Positions 11,401 to 20,142 of a stretch of DNA of 64,000 nt are shown here, piece by piece. Position numbers and translations under genes: made by a program. The DNA comes from Bdellovibrionota bacterium (GTDB lineage: Bacteria; Bdellovibrionota; UBA1018; CAIPTA01; JAALKR01). Positions within the stretch are counted from its first letter, which is position 1. The number at the start of each line of letters is the position of its first letter. Location: positions 1,088,001-1,152,000 of the forward strand of contig CBDBMJ010000001.1 in the NCBI GenBank assembly GCA_965207455.1, read 5' to 3'. Under the pieces are notes generated by a model. It was not told where the DNA came from and did not search any database. It was given only the letters and a program-made list of their open reading frames with translations.

Positions 11401-12783
11401 TTGGATAGACAAGCGCCCACTCCGCCTAGCTTTACCGAAACATCTGTTTTTTCTCAAAATCCTCAACCCACTTTTGCAATGACAGATCTAGAGGACGGAA
11501 GCACGGTTCAGATCTATTCTGATTCAACCTGCTCTTCCAGCTCAGAACTATCCGTAAGCAGATCTACCGAAAATATAACACTCACCACAGATATAGGTAG
11601 CGACGCAACCTATTCTCTCTATGCAAAGCAAACGGATCAAGCAGGAAATGTTTCAATCTGCTCCACTAGTACCGTAACATATACATTGGATAGACAAGCA
11701 CCCAACACTCCCATTTTAAGCTTAGTAACACCCAGTACTTCCTTTCATACTAATCCCACTTTTAATCTCACCGGTTTAGAAGTTGGAAGTACGATTGCCT
11801 TATATTCCAATGAAAATTGTTCCAGCTCTGAACAGCAAATGAACATAACAAGCTCTGACATGGATATAACCTTATCTTCAGCTTTGACCACTGATGCCAG
11901 TTACTCTTTTTCTGCAAAACAAACGGATCAAGCAGGAAACGCATCGAATTGCTCCACCAATACAGTGAGCTATGAATTAGACACTACACTTTTTGTATCT
12001 CTTTGGCGTGTTGGAGTGTCGGGATATGGAGATGAAGACATGAGTGTTACCCTTCCCCTAAGTTTTGGCTTTACATATGATTTCACCGTTGATTGGGGTG
12101 ATAATCAAGCTGCCACAGTTGACGCTTATGATAGTGTCAATATAACTCATAATTATACAAATGCCGGGGATTATATAATTACCATCAAAGGAACTGTAGA
12201 GGCCTGGTATTTTAATAATTCTGGAGATAAAAATAAAATTATTGAAGTGCAAAATTTTGGAAAAGTAGCTTGGTTAAACCTTAAAAATGCTTTTCATACT
12301 TGTGAAAAACTCGAAAAATTTATTGCTGGAAGTACAGATACCTCTCAAGTAACAACTATGGCTTCAATGTTTACTAATTCCAGTAGTTTAACTGAACTTG
12401 ATTTATCTAGTTTTAATACCCTTAGTACAACAAATATGAGCAACATGTTTTATAATGCTTCAAGTTTAACCTCACTTGATTTATCTAATTTTAATACCAT
12501 TAATACAACAAATATGAGCTACATGTTTTATAATGCTTCAGGTTTAACCTCACTTGATTTATCCAGATGGACTGTCTCTAATGTAAACAATATAAACAAT
12601 ATGTTTCTCGATACTTCAAGTTTGGCATCAATTAATCTAGCTGGCTGGCAACTTGATTCTGTGCCCTTTACTACTGATCCAAGTAAAGGTGAAGCAGCCC
12701 TACCAGCGGATGAGGACCTTACTCTCACTTGCAGTACTGGCGAGACAACATTTCTTGATAGAACGTGTGATGAAAATCAATAG
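8431..12783 (+). CDS. Large surface (lipo)protein: 12 Ig-like repeats, PKD-like domain and DUF285/BspA-like repeats
   Basis: Signal ending LSRC; 12 copies of PTF..TDLEDG..V.LYS...C...YS.YAKQTDQAGNVSTCS...YTLD; VDWGD; DLSSFNT..TTNMS.MF repeats. Confidence 0.8.
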   Translation: MYLFKTFFLKRNIYILIALSAITTLSRCGGQNNDFTIVKRPILVLVNPAFSNNTTPTFTLKNLEPGGKIALYSDESCSIAVQIDIKVTGRTMNLTLSPALINDGTYTYSIKQTNQANNSSECSNVVIYTLDTQVPSSPTFLESGTPIFSQESRPTFSITNLENGTILQFYSDSTCSPSSELLISRNATDISLEADLTSDGMYSFYAKQTDQAGNISTCSSNAISYTLDRQAPSAPTFLASGTPIFSQEPRPTFAMMDLEDGSIVQLYSNSSCSLTSEIEISRNSANIILTSDLSSAPTYSFYAKQTDQAGNVSTCSTDTIMYTLDTQLPIAPSFSASGTVIFSKNPQPTFALTDLEDGSTVQLYSNLTCSSSSEISISQSGSDITLDIGSDATYSLYAKQTDKSGNVSACSTSTVTYTLDRQAPTAPIFAETSVFSQNPQPTLAMTNLEDGATTNLYFRSGCSSSSIVAASRSGTNIVVISSLGADAAYSFYANQTDQAGNVSTCSSTPINYTLDSQAPTAPSFTETSVFSQNPQPTFAMTDLEDGSTVTLYSDSTCSSSSERSVSRSAENITLTTDIGSDGSYSLYAKQTDKSGNVSTCSTSTVTYTLDTQLPSAPSFSTSGVPVFSQNPQPTFAMTDLEDGSTVTLYSDSTCSSSSELSTSRSGTNITLTTDIGSDRSYSLYAKQMDQAGNVSTCSTDTLTYTLDRQTPTAPSFTETSVFSQNPQPTFAMTDLEDGSTVTLYSDSACSSNTELSVSRSTENITLTTDIGSDGAYSLYAKQMDQAGNISACSTDTLTYTLDRQSPIAPSFTETSVFSQELRPTFAMTDLESGSTVTLYSDSACSSNTELSVSRSGTNITLTTDIGSDGAYSLYAKQMDQAGNVSTCSTDTLTYTLDRQTPTAPSFTETSVFSQELRPTFAMTDLEDGSTVQLYSNSACSSSSELSISRSGTNITLTTDIGSDATYSLYAKQTDQAGNVSTCSTNTLTYTLDRQAPTPPSFTETSVFSQNPQPTFAMTDLEDGSTVQIYSDSTCSSSSELSVSRSTENITLTTDIGSDATYSLYAKQTDQAGNVSICSTSTVTYTLDRQAPNTPILSLVTPSTSFHTNPTFNLTGLEVGSTIALYSNENCSSSEQQMNITSSDMDITLSSALTTDASYSFSAKQTDQAGNASNCSTNTVSYELDTTLFVSLWRVGVSGYGDEDMSVTLPLSFGFTYDFTVDWGDNQAATVDAYDSVNITHNYTNAGDYIITIKGTVEAWYFNNSGDKNKIIEVQNFGKVAWLNLKNAFHTCEKLEKFIAGSTDTSQVTTMASMFTNSSSLTELDLSSFNTLSTTNMSNMFYNASSLTSLDLSNFNTINTTNMSYMFYNASGLTSLDLSRWTVSNVNNINNMFLDTSSLASINLAGWQLDSVPFTTDPSKGEAALPADEDLTLTCSTGETTFLDRTCDENQ
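8590..11985 (+). repeat. Intragenic tandem repeat, 12 units of about 282-288 bp
   Basis: Recurrent caacccacttttgcaatgacagatctag...gcaggaaatgtttcaacctgctcc...tatacattgga; central units nearly identical in DNA; boundaries approximate. Confidence 0.9.
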
Positions 12784-12990
12784 CCTCTAATCTGTGATCA
12801 TACCTTGTATTCCAGTGGCTCGAAGTACTGTCAGCTAAAGAGCACAGGTGTGACTATTTTCTACGCAGTTTGAGCGACATTGTGAGAGGTGGAGAGTTTT
12901 AATGAGTTTTAAGAGACTGGGCAAAAGGTAGATATCCCCTTGCCTATCTCAAGCATGAGATAAGCACGCATAAATAGATATTTTAGAAAC

Positions 12991-13024
12991 AAAAAAGCCC
13001 CCTTTTTTTGAAAGGAGGCTTTTA
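12991..13024. terminator. Bidirectional intrinsic terminator
   Basis: AAAAAAGCCCCCTTT-loop-AAAGGAGGCTTTT between convergent genes. Confidence 0.75.
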
Positions 13025-13061
13025 TATTAGGGAGATAAATTTGTGATAAATTATGGCTTAA

Positions 13062-13634
13062 TTATCTAGCTCTGTTTTGTCTACTAGGTCTCTTAGTAGA
13101 TATCCCAAGCTGAGTAGTTTTTTCATTTTCTTCATTAAAAGAGTTTCTATACTTTTTAGGCAGAAACTCGTATCGTTTCTGCGAGGCCCAGACCTTGTTG
13201 AAACAGGCTGATTTATCAAAAGAAGCATCATTCTTAAAATCATCAATAACATAAACCATCTTTATAACTCCAATTGTTTCAATTATAACGAAGCCTAGAC
13301 TAGTAACAAAGAAAGCAGTAGTATTTAAACCAGGAATAAGAGCAATAACAACAATTGTTGCCAACCCCGCTCCTGTCCGGACTAAAAGATTTGCATCCAC
13401 TATATCTTTAACAATTTTTCTCCAATAATCCTGCTCTCCACCACATTGTGTTGCCAGATCATCAGATAATCTTATAATGAATGCTTCGTTCACAGATCCT
13501 GAGTTTGAAATAGACTCTCTCCCTCTGGAATCTCCGGTAAATCCAAATCCAATAGAGTATCCTGTTACTGGTAATGTTATAGCAAGCACCATTGTGATCA
13601 CTGTTGTTATATTTTTATTTCTTCGATTTTTCAT
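13062..13634 (-). CDS. Secreted/membrane hypothetical protein (FGFTGDSRG family, paralog 1)
   Basis: Signal peptide, FGFTGDSRG, DDLATQCGGEQDYW, two hydrophobic segments; homologous to 14547..14981. Confidence 0.75.
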   Translation of the reverse strand: MKNRRNKNITTVITMVLAITLPVTGYSIGFGFTGDSRGRESISNSGSVNEAFIIRLSDDLATQCGGEQDYWRKIVKDIVDANLLVRTGAGLATIVVIALIPGLNTTAFFVTSLGFVIIETIGVIKMVYVIDDFKNDASFDKSACFNKVWASQKRYEFLPKKYRNSFNEENEKTTQLGISTKRPSRQNRAR

Positions 13635-13691
13635 AATTACTGTTCTTTCTAAGTTTTAATTTAAGTTTAATTATCATACCTGTATTTGTTA

Positions 13692-13709
13692 ATGCAAGGG
13701 ACGTGCCAA
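13692..13709 (-). promoter_or_regulatory. sigma54 promoter of the 13062..13634 gene
   Basis: Minus strand TTGGCACG-TCCC-TTGCAT, a consensus -24/-12 match. Confidence 0.85.
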
Positions 13710-13879
13710 AATACGCCAAAAGAGATATTTTTCTGAAAAATTCTTTATTTTCAGACGTTTACATTTTTAGCCTCGGACCTGCACGTACAAGGATTATAGA
13801 AAAGGAAGCTCTTAGATTGACTAAAAATCAAACAGTTGTCGAAAATATTTGCAGTCGTTTCCATGAATTTCTGTGCTGA

Positions 13880-14300
13880 ATCGGCTGGAAAGGGGGGGAG
13901 TTTAGTGCTTCTGCCTACGCCCCTTAGGGGGAAGAGGTATCAGCAACTAGATTGCGAAGCTTTCTTTTTATCGAGCTGGGAAAGTTCATATCAACAGGCA
14001 AATACTCTAGCCACTCTTCCATACTTGCATGCATGATTAGGGCACAGGGATAGCCCACCTCTTCCATAATTTGCGAATATAGGGCTTAAGGAGTCCTCTG
14101 GGGTACTGGAATCTCCTCCCAGAGCCCCGTCCCCTTACGATGCTCTCTGGGCCCTTTTGCAGCCGTCTGATGATCTGCTTACGATTTAGCGGACACACCT
14201 TCACGGCCTCATCCAGTATTCTCGTTTTTTCTCTCTTAAGGCTATTGCGGTAAAGCTCCGCTATTGCTAGTAAATATTGTGTTACGGCTTGTTTGTTCAT
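13880..14300 (-). pseudogene. Frameshifted, truncated transposase (integrase-core / ISNCY-type N-terminus)
   Basis: YL.AIAELYRNSLKREKTRILDEAVKVCPLNRKQIIRRL; after KLW the homologous path continues in another frame (EEVGYPCALIMHASMEEWL) and stops before any DDE core; 3' limit approximate. Confidence 0.7.
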
Positions 14301-14353
14301 AATGTACCTCCTTGGTATGTTAATTTCACAGTTATATTTTCCCTGGAATTGCG

Positions 14354-14420
14354 TTGTGAGTCAACCGAGCCGTAACTCACTGTTCTCAAAGCCATTTTGG
14401 TGACGTTTTTTGTGAGTCAA
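14354..14420. repeat. Direct repeat TTGTGAGTCAA x2, probable IS end motif
   Basis: Identical 11-mers at 14354-14364 and 14410-14420, upstream of the transposase relic. Confidence 0.45.
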
Positions 14421-14452
14421 TTCGGTTTTTTGAGAAAAAAATCAAAACGTAC

Positions 14453-14485
14453 TTGACTAATGCAGTGCATTATGTCATAATGCAC
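14453..14485 (+). promoter_or_regulatory. sigma70 promoter with an overlapping palindromic operator
   Basis: TTGACT-N17-CATAAT; perfect inverted repeat GTGCATTATG-T-CATAATGCAC (14465-14485) across the -10. Confidence 0.7.
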
Positions 14486-14546
14486 TTACCAAACTAATGC
14501 GTTGCGCTGTTTTGGTAAATGTTAACAATAAAAAAGGAGAAATAGA

Positions 14547-14981
14547 ATGAAGAAACAAAATAATATAACAAGAATAATAACAATGGTGCTTGCTGTCGGG
14601 TTTTTACCGACAGTTGGGCATTCTAATGAGCCAGAATTCGGCTTTACTGGAGATTCTAGAGGGGCAGAGTTTATGAGGGAGAGGTACCCTGCAGAGCTAC
14701 TGGACGAATTGGTAGCAGAGTGTGGTGGAGAGCCGGAAGTTTGGAAAGAATACTTCAGACTACGTGACACTTCAATGGCTATAATGGGTATGGGGGTAGT
14801 CGTATTTGTCCCATCATTTCTTACTCTTTTAAATACAAGTACTGCTGCTACTGTTAATCTTGCCGGTTCTAGCTCTCTAGCTTCAGTTGTAACAGCTGCA
14901 GGGGGATTTCTGGGTGCTGCATTTTATAAGCCTCTCAGTTCGTCGCAATTAGAGTGTGCTGAAGAAAGTGACGTATGGTAA
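14547..14981 (+). CDS. Secreted/membrane hypothetical protein (FGFTGDSRG family, paralog 2)
   Basis: AAGGAG RBS; signal peptide, FGFTGDSRG, DELVAECGGEPEVW, Gly/Ala-rich hydrophobic segments. Confidence 0.75.
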   Translation: MKKQNNITRIITMVLAVGFLPTVGHSNEPEFGFTGDSRGAEFMRERYPAELLDELVAECGGEPEVWKEYFRLRDTSMAIMGMGVVVFVPSFLTLLNTSTAATVNLAGSSSLASVVTAAGGFLGAAFYKPLSSSQLECAEESDVW

Positions 14982-15036
14982 TAACAATAAAAAAACGAGT
15001 AAATGCAATAACTGATTAATAAGTTATTTCGAATAT

Positions 15037-15069
15037 AAAAGCTCTCTTTAAAAAAGTGGGCTTTTTTTT
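15037..15069 (+). terminator. Intrinsic terminator
   Basis: AAAAGCTCTCTTT-loop-AAAGTGGGC followed by T8. Confidence 0.7.
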
Positions 15070-15346
15070 CGCCTAAAACAGCTCCTGCACTGGGCTTTCC
15101 GCAGCATAAAAAAAGTGATGAAACCTAAAACACCCAAGAAACGTCCGACTATTCCAGTCGTATGATTTTGTTTCAAAATGATCAGGCGAATAATACAAAA
15201 TGATCAAGCTGCCCTTATTTGCCCTGATTTTACCTGTTTTCAGGTTAGAATACAAAAACATATTTTATTTGACTTATTTTTTTAACCTCCTGTTTTTATT
15301 GTGTTTATTTAATTATATTCTTTTTTATAGATGATGCGCAATGCGT

Positions 15347-15423
15347 TGGAGGTGACGGTGAGATTCGAACTCACGAACCGAGGTTTTGCAAACCTGTCCC
15401 TTAGGCCACTCGGGCACGTCACC
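15347..15423 (-). tRNA. tRNA-Cys (GCA)
   Basis: Minus strand GGTGACG acceptor stem, D arm, anticodon loop TTGCAAA, GTGAG-TTCGAAT-CTCAC T arm, U discriminator and encoded CCA. Confidence 0.95.
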
Positions 15424-15448
15424 TTTGTTTTGTTTTATGAAAGTATGA

Positions 15449-16081
15449 TTAAACACCTGGTTGGTCTCCCCAGATAAGTTTATGCATTTGGGGTTGGAAG
15501 CGTACGGGAAGGCCGTCTTTAAGAATAAGTTTGGGTAACCATTCCAGGTTTCCCTTTTCTGGAGAGACGGGAGATAGGTGGATGATAAATCGTTCCAGGT
15601 TGTGGTCGACAATAAAATTTTTAGCAAAGGTATAGTCATTTTGATCCACTAATACAAATTTTACTTCATCATTGGGGCGAAGTTTAGAAATATTTTCTAT
15701 TGTTTTACTATTTGCCTCGCCACTCCCAGGAGTCTTTATATCCATAACAATTCGTACCTCAGAGGGCACTACAGATATATCTTCCACACCATTTGTTTCC
15801 AACATTACTTCATAGCCGTGCTCAATGAGTCTTTCCATTAGGCCGGGGCATTCCTTTTGCTCCAGCGGCTCTCCACCAGTCACCTGCACCAGTTTTGTGG
15901 GATAGGACTGGACCTGCTCCATTATTTCTGCGATAGACATTTCTTTTCCCTGGTAGTAGGCATATTTTGTGTCGCAATAACCGCAGCGAAGCTTGCAGCC
16001 TGTGAGTCGAATAAATGCACACGGGCGACCCATCTGGGTGCTCTCTCCTTGCAAACTGTAAAAAATTTCATTTATTTTCAA
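15449..16081 (-). CDS. queE: 7-carboxy-7-deazaguanine synthase (radical SAM)
   Basis: INEIFYSLQGE, RLTGCKLRCGYCDT, TGGEP, ETNG, PQMHK; TTG start inferred. Confidence 0.92.
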   Translation of the reverse strand: MKINEIFYSLQGESTQMGRPCAFIRLTGCKLRCGYCDTKYAYYQGKEMSIAEIMEQVQSYPTKLVQVTGGEPLEQKECPGLMERLIEHGYEVMLETNGVEDISVVPSEVRIVMDIKTPGSGEANSKTIENISKLRPNDEVKFVLVDQNDYTFAKNFIVDHNLERFIIHLSPVSPEKGNLEWLPKLILKDGLPVRFQPQMHKLIWGDQPGV

Positions 16082-16204
16082 AACAAAAACCTTCGAAATG
16101 CATTGCCTCAATGAATACAAAGATTAGCACAATACAACCCCATACTGGGAGAATATAATAAATTTTAAAGCAAAAGGAGCGCCGCGCTATTGTGGGTTTA
16201 ATCT

Positions 16205-17500
16205 TTAGATGCGAAAACTCAAGCTAAAACCGTAGGTGACAATATTCCCTCCCGTTTGGTACTCAGGAGCACCAATATCTGTGGGGTTTGTCTTGATGAT
16301 TTTTTTATCCACCAAGTCCTGGTATTGGAAAAAACCATTGAGTCGTATTCGATCTGTTGCCTGCCAAGGGCTAGCCACAGCAATGCCCACACCCAAACTA
16401 AATACATGCTTATCGTTATCCACAAAATTAGTTTTTCCGTTTTGCTCCGGCACAAATGTTTCCTGATAAAAATATCCAGACCGCAATGTTATTTCTTTCA
16501 AAAAAGACCGAGAGTATTCTTTTTGGTACTGAATGCCAATCTTGGGAACCCAAATATCCGTAAACGGCTTTGCTTCTTCACCAAAACTGAGTGCATTAAT
16601 CGAACCTTGAGTGTAGGGACTTTTATATTCACTCCACCCTATTCGAGATATATCTACAGATGCAGTCCAATTTTTCCATGGCTTTGCGGAAATAGAGAGA
16701 GTCCACTCCGACGGATGAAATAGGAAAAATCGGGATGTTTGAGTTTTAATGGGCACACCTGAAATCTCCACATTGGCATCAATTTTAGATTGAAATTCCC
16801 GTTTTGTTCGATACAGCAATCCAACCATTAGGGGCAGTTTTTCTTTATTGTCGTAATTAAAGTCGTATACGAGAGCGAGAAAAGGACGGAGCTTGTTGCG
16901 AACTTCAACCACAGAACCTGACCATTGAACGGAATCGTCTTTTCGAAAATTATAATACGCCACTGATTCAATCGACGTATCCCCGCCCACCCCCAAAGAA
17001 AGCCCATCATAAACTCGAAAGCCCGCACTAAATACATAGAAAACATTACGACTCAAATCCTGATAAGTGAGATAAAAAGGATGGTTCACTGGATTTTCCT
17101 GGGATCTGGAAATAGATTCACTGGGTAGGTAGGCAGCTAGGCCAAATGTGAGGGGTCGGGTTTTTTTACCTATGGGTATGGTGAGACCCAGTACTTGTCC
17201 AAATCCTCCTAAAACCTTAGAGGAATTGAATTTTCCCATCGTTCCTGTTTTATCAATCACCACTGTTCCGAATGAACGAAGGTTGGGTTTCATGGATAAA
17301 AAGCCTATGGAAAGCTCTGTTTTAGAGAGAAATCCAAGCGCTGCGGGATTGGTATATGTGTTATAGCTGCCTGACTGATCTTTAATTAAACTCGTTGTGC
17401 CCATGGATATACTCTCTGGACCAAAGCCAAACGTACGCGACAAACCCGTGCCTTGAGCCTCTAGGGAAAGAAAAAGAAAAATATATGCTAGCTTTTTCAT
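16205..17500 (-). CDS. FadL-like outer-membrane beta-barrel transporter
   Basis: Signal peptide, FGFGPESISMG hatch, YTNPAAL motif, amphipathic strands, aromatic C-terminal strand. Confidence 0.7.
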   Translation of the reverse strand: MKKLAYIFLFLSLEAQGTGLSRTFGFGPESISMGTTSLIKDQSGSYNTYTNPAALGFLSKTELSIGFLSMKPNLRSFGTVVIDKTGTMGKFNSSKVLGGFGQVLGLTIPIGKKTRPLTFGLAAYLPSESISRSQENPVNHPFYLTYQDLSRNVFYVFSAGFRVYDGLSLGVGGDTSIESVAYYNFRKDDSVQWSGSVVEVRNKLRPFLALVYDFNYDNKEKLPLMVGLLYRTKREFQSKIDANVEISGVPIKTQTSRFFLFHPSEWTLSISAKPWKNWTASVDISRIGWSEYKSPYTQGSINALSFGEEAKPFTDIWVPKIGIQYQKEYSRSFLKEITLRSGYFYQETFVPEQNGKTNFVDNDKHVFSLGVGIAVASPWQATDRIRLNGFFQYQDLVDKKIIKTNPTDIGAPEYQTGGNIVTYGFSLSFRI

Positions 17501-20065
17501 CTATTCCCGTATTCCCATCAATCGACGAATGAGAAGTAAAATATCCTCAAGCTCTCCAGAGTTTATTTTTTCTCTTAAAAAATCTAGAGAGGGAAGCACT
17601 TTTTTGTCTTCAAGCAATTGACTCAAAGAAATAAGCACCTCAGTGAAATTAGGATCTCTCATTAACTGGGCTAGCTTTTTTCTCTGCTCATCTTTATTAC
17701 CGGAGGTTTCACTAAAGATTTCATTTAATTCTTTCACGTCGGATTCTTGCACCACTTTTCCTAAAGAAAGCAGGAAACGTTCCGTATCTTTTTTTCCTTC
17801 TGAAAATAAAGGCCTAGTGGCTGTGAAAATTTCTCCTCCAAGGGAACTGTGATAATTAAATTGATCCCGTGGACGAAGAAGTGCTTTTAAAACATATTTT
17901 AAAGCATCCGTTCCATCTGAGTGTTTATGGAGCTCTCTTTTATTGGCTTCCCATACATTAGTGGTCGCAATATTTTTATCATCCCGATTATAGAGCATCT
18001 TCACTAAATCGCTCCAAACGGGCATGGATTTCTCCACCCATCCTGTTCTATAACATTCGGCAAGCACGTTTACCCATCGACGAACTAAGTTACTCCCAAG
18101 CCTACTCCCATCATCTCGCTCACTCAAAGCCCGACTTAAAATATTTAAGCTGCGACTAAAACCACTCTCCACAAATAAAACATAATTATCCACATTCTCC
18201 AATAACAAAAGACCTACTTTTAAGTTTTTATCATTACCCTTAAAAATCTTTGGCAAAAGAGTTTCTTTCATCCACTCCATGTTTCCTTTATTGAGCAAGT
18301 CGAACATTCTCAACCTATGGATGATCTTCTCCATTGTGGCTGGATTACGATAAGTAGAGGAGTAAAACCACTGCATCAGCGTATATTTTTCTTCCTCATA
18401 GGACGCACCCATTAGTTCTTTTAAGAAACTAGCACCCAAGACAAGAAGATTGTCCACAACAATACTTGCCCCCCATGCATCTCTTACACTACTAAGCCAT
18501 GCGGTTTTTAATTGCTTATATGGAGTATTCTCCCCATTATCTAATAAATAAATTCTAGAAAATTCCACCACTAACTCTTCCAGCACCACTGTCTTTTCTT
18601 CCGACTCAGCATCGAGCATCTCATCAAAGGCAAGTTTGGTGTATTTAGAAAGCATCTCCTCGTTACGAAATAAAGTAAGCAAGTGTTTTTTAAACGGCTC
18701 ATATAATAATTTACTATTTCTTCCTTCCGAGTATTCTGACTCAAACTCCCGGGCAATCAATTCCTCTAAAACTGAATCTCCTTGGCCTGAGTCCACAAAA
18801 AACTCAGAAAAGAATTCATCTTCTAAAATCGATTTCTTTATGAAGTCTTGAAACTCATTTAAAGTAATTTCACAGTACCATAGATCCTCGTCGCAAATTT
18901 TGCCATTGTCTTTCGTAATACTTTCTTGCTGTTCAATATATTCATCGAAATAATCACTTATGCTTATATCATCAAGAATACCGTCCACTCCATGGGTAAC
19001 GAAAAAATCAAATAACTTGCCATGTATCTGCGCTATGTGTTCAGGAGAACTAAGCCAACTCAACACCTGATCCATAAAACCAGGCAAGGGCTGATTGAAT
19101 TCATATATTAAATGAAATAACTCGGGCACGGGAGAGTTCTTCCCAGGCGATAAAAACTTCTTCACTTTCTCACGACGATTGCTTTCACAAACATCCATAT
19201 CTCCATTTCCGCTGCAACCGTTGAGAGCAGGCAACACATATTCCCCTCGTATCTCTCCACCAGCCTCCTGGTAAATGGTTCCGAAAACATCCAAGGAATT
19301 AGCATCGTCAAACATATCTAGAAAACCGTGCTCTGGATATTTAAAATCACTTAACCCATCCACTAACTCCAACAACAATAAAGCATTCGTCTTCTCTTCC
19401 CCCTGCCATACATTTTTCTTTTCCAAAAAAACAAAGAAATCTTTTGCAAAATGCGTATCTCTCCCCTTCTCCTCACTAAAAGAAAATAAATAAGATAAAT
19501 TTTTGTATAACCTGGGATACTCTGGATCATAAACAAGCAAGGATAGGGGGGGCAATGCCGTGGACCAAATGTCCTTTCCACTATTGAGCGTTTGGGCAAC
19601 CAAAGGCAGAGACGTACGAAATGCAGAGTTGTGAATAAGGCTGGCAAGTGAAGGTAAAAGCTCGTCAATGGGACTCTCTCCATTTTCATCTTCCTGAAAC
19701 CAGGGCTCCATCTTTTGCTTAATATTTTTAGAAGCGTCGCTAATGCTGTGAACACTCTCCATTAAATTGCGTGCAAAATCGTCGAAACTTTCACTATGCA
19801 ATAGGGGAGATATACCTTTAAACTTATCGTCGTAATTCAAACAATCAAATAAAGTCAAATAACTCTTCCGATTAAGCAAATCATGCTCAAAGGAAACCTG
19901 AGAACATAAATCCCTCTTCCGTAACTGCATCTCGGAATCTTCCAAAACCTGAGGAAGGAGAACAAAACTGCCTGCCGTATTCTCCCCACTGGAACAAGAA
20001 AATAAAAATGGAATCCAAAGAAAGAAAAAAAGAATCCCCTTGTGTGCGCTGAGTCTCCAAATCAT
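17501..20065 (-). CDS. Large hypothetical lipoprotein
   Basis: 854-aa ORF, lipobox-like LFSC, abuts the FadL-like gene. Confidence 0.7.
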   Translation of the reverse strand: MIWRLSAHKGILFFFLWIPFLFSCSSGENTAGSFVLLPQVLEDSEMQLRKRDLCSQVSFEHDLLNRKSYLTLFDCLNYDDKFKGISPLLHSESFDDFARNLMESVHSISDASKNIKQKMEPWFQEDENGESPIDELLPSLASLIHNSAFRTSLPLVAQTLNSGKDIWSTALPPLSLLVYDPEYPRLYKNLSYLFSFSEEKGRDTHFAKDFFVFLEKKNVWQGEEKTNALLLLELVDGLSDFKYPEHGFLDMFDDANSLDVFGTIYQEAGGEIRGEYVLPALNGCSGNGDMDVCESNRREKVKKFLSPGKNSPVPELFHLIYEFNQPLPGFMDQVLSWLSSPEHIAQIHGKLFDFFVTHGVDGILDDISISDYFDEYIEQQESITKDNGKICDEDLWYCEITLNEFQDFIKKSILEDEFFSEFFVDSGQGDSVLEELIAREFESEYSEGRNSKLLYEPFKKHLLTLFRNEEMLSKYTKLAFDEMLDAESEEKTVVLEELVVEFSRIYLLDNGENTPYKQLKTAWLSSVRDAWGASIVVDNLLVLGASFLKELMGASYEEEKYTLMQWFYSSTYRNPATMEKIIHRLRMFDLLNKGNMEWMKETLLPKIFKGNDKNLKVGLLLLENVDNYVLFVESGFSRSLNILSRALSERDDGSRLGSNLVRRWVNVLAECYRTGWVEKSMPVWSDLVKMLYNRDDKNIATTNVWEANKRELHKHSDGTDALKYVLKALLRPRDQFNYHSSLGGEIFTATRPLFSEGKKDTERFLLSLGKVVQESDVKELNEIFSETSGNKDEQRKKLAQLMRDPNFTEVLISLSQLLEDKKVLPSLDFLREKINSGELEDILLLIRRLMGIRE

Positions 20066-20142
20066 GCATGGAGTTTAGCACGGGGCTGTAATTTTACGCA
20101 AGCACTAGCCATTCGATCGCAACGCGTTAATGCAAAAAATAA

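Noticed and set aside
8590..11985. Possible CRISPR or DGR-like repeat array
   Set aside because: Repeats are in-frame protein domains with no unique spacers; no cas or reverse transcriptase gene is present
12784..12990. Intergenic stretch after the adhesin as an ncRNA or IS end
   Set aside because: No convincing stem, repeat or coding relic was found by eye
15347..15423. C:C mismatch at the top of the tRNA-Cys anticodon stem as a sign of a pseudo-tRNA or recoding
   Set aside because: A single terminal mismatch is tolerated; all other elements including CCA are intact
15325..15639. 104-aa ORF across the queE end and the tRNA
   Set aside because: Shadow frame overlapping queE and tRNA-Cys
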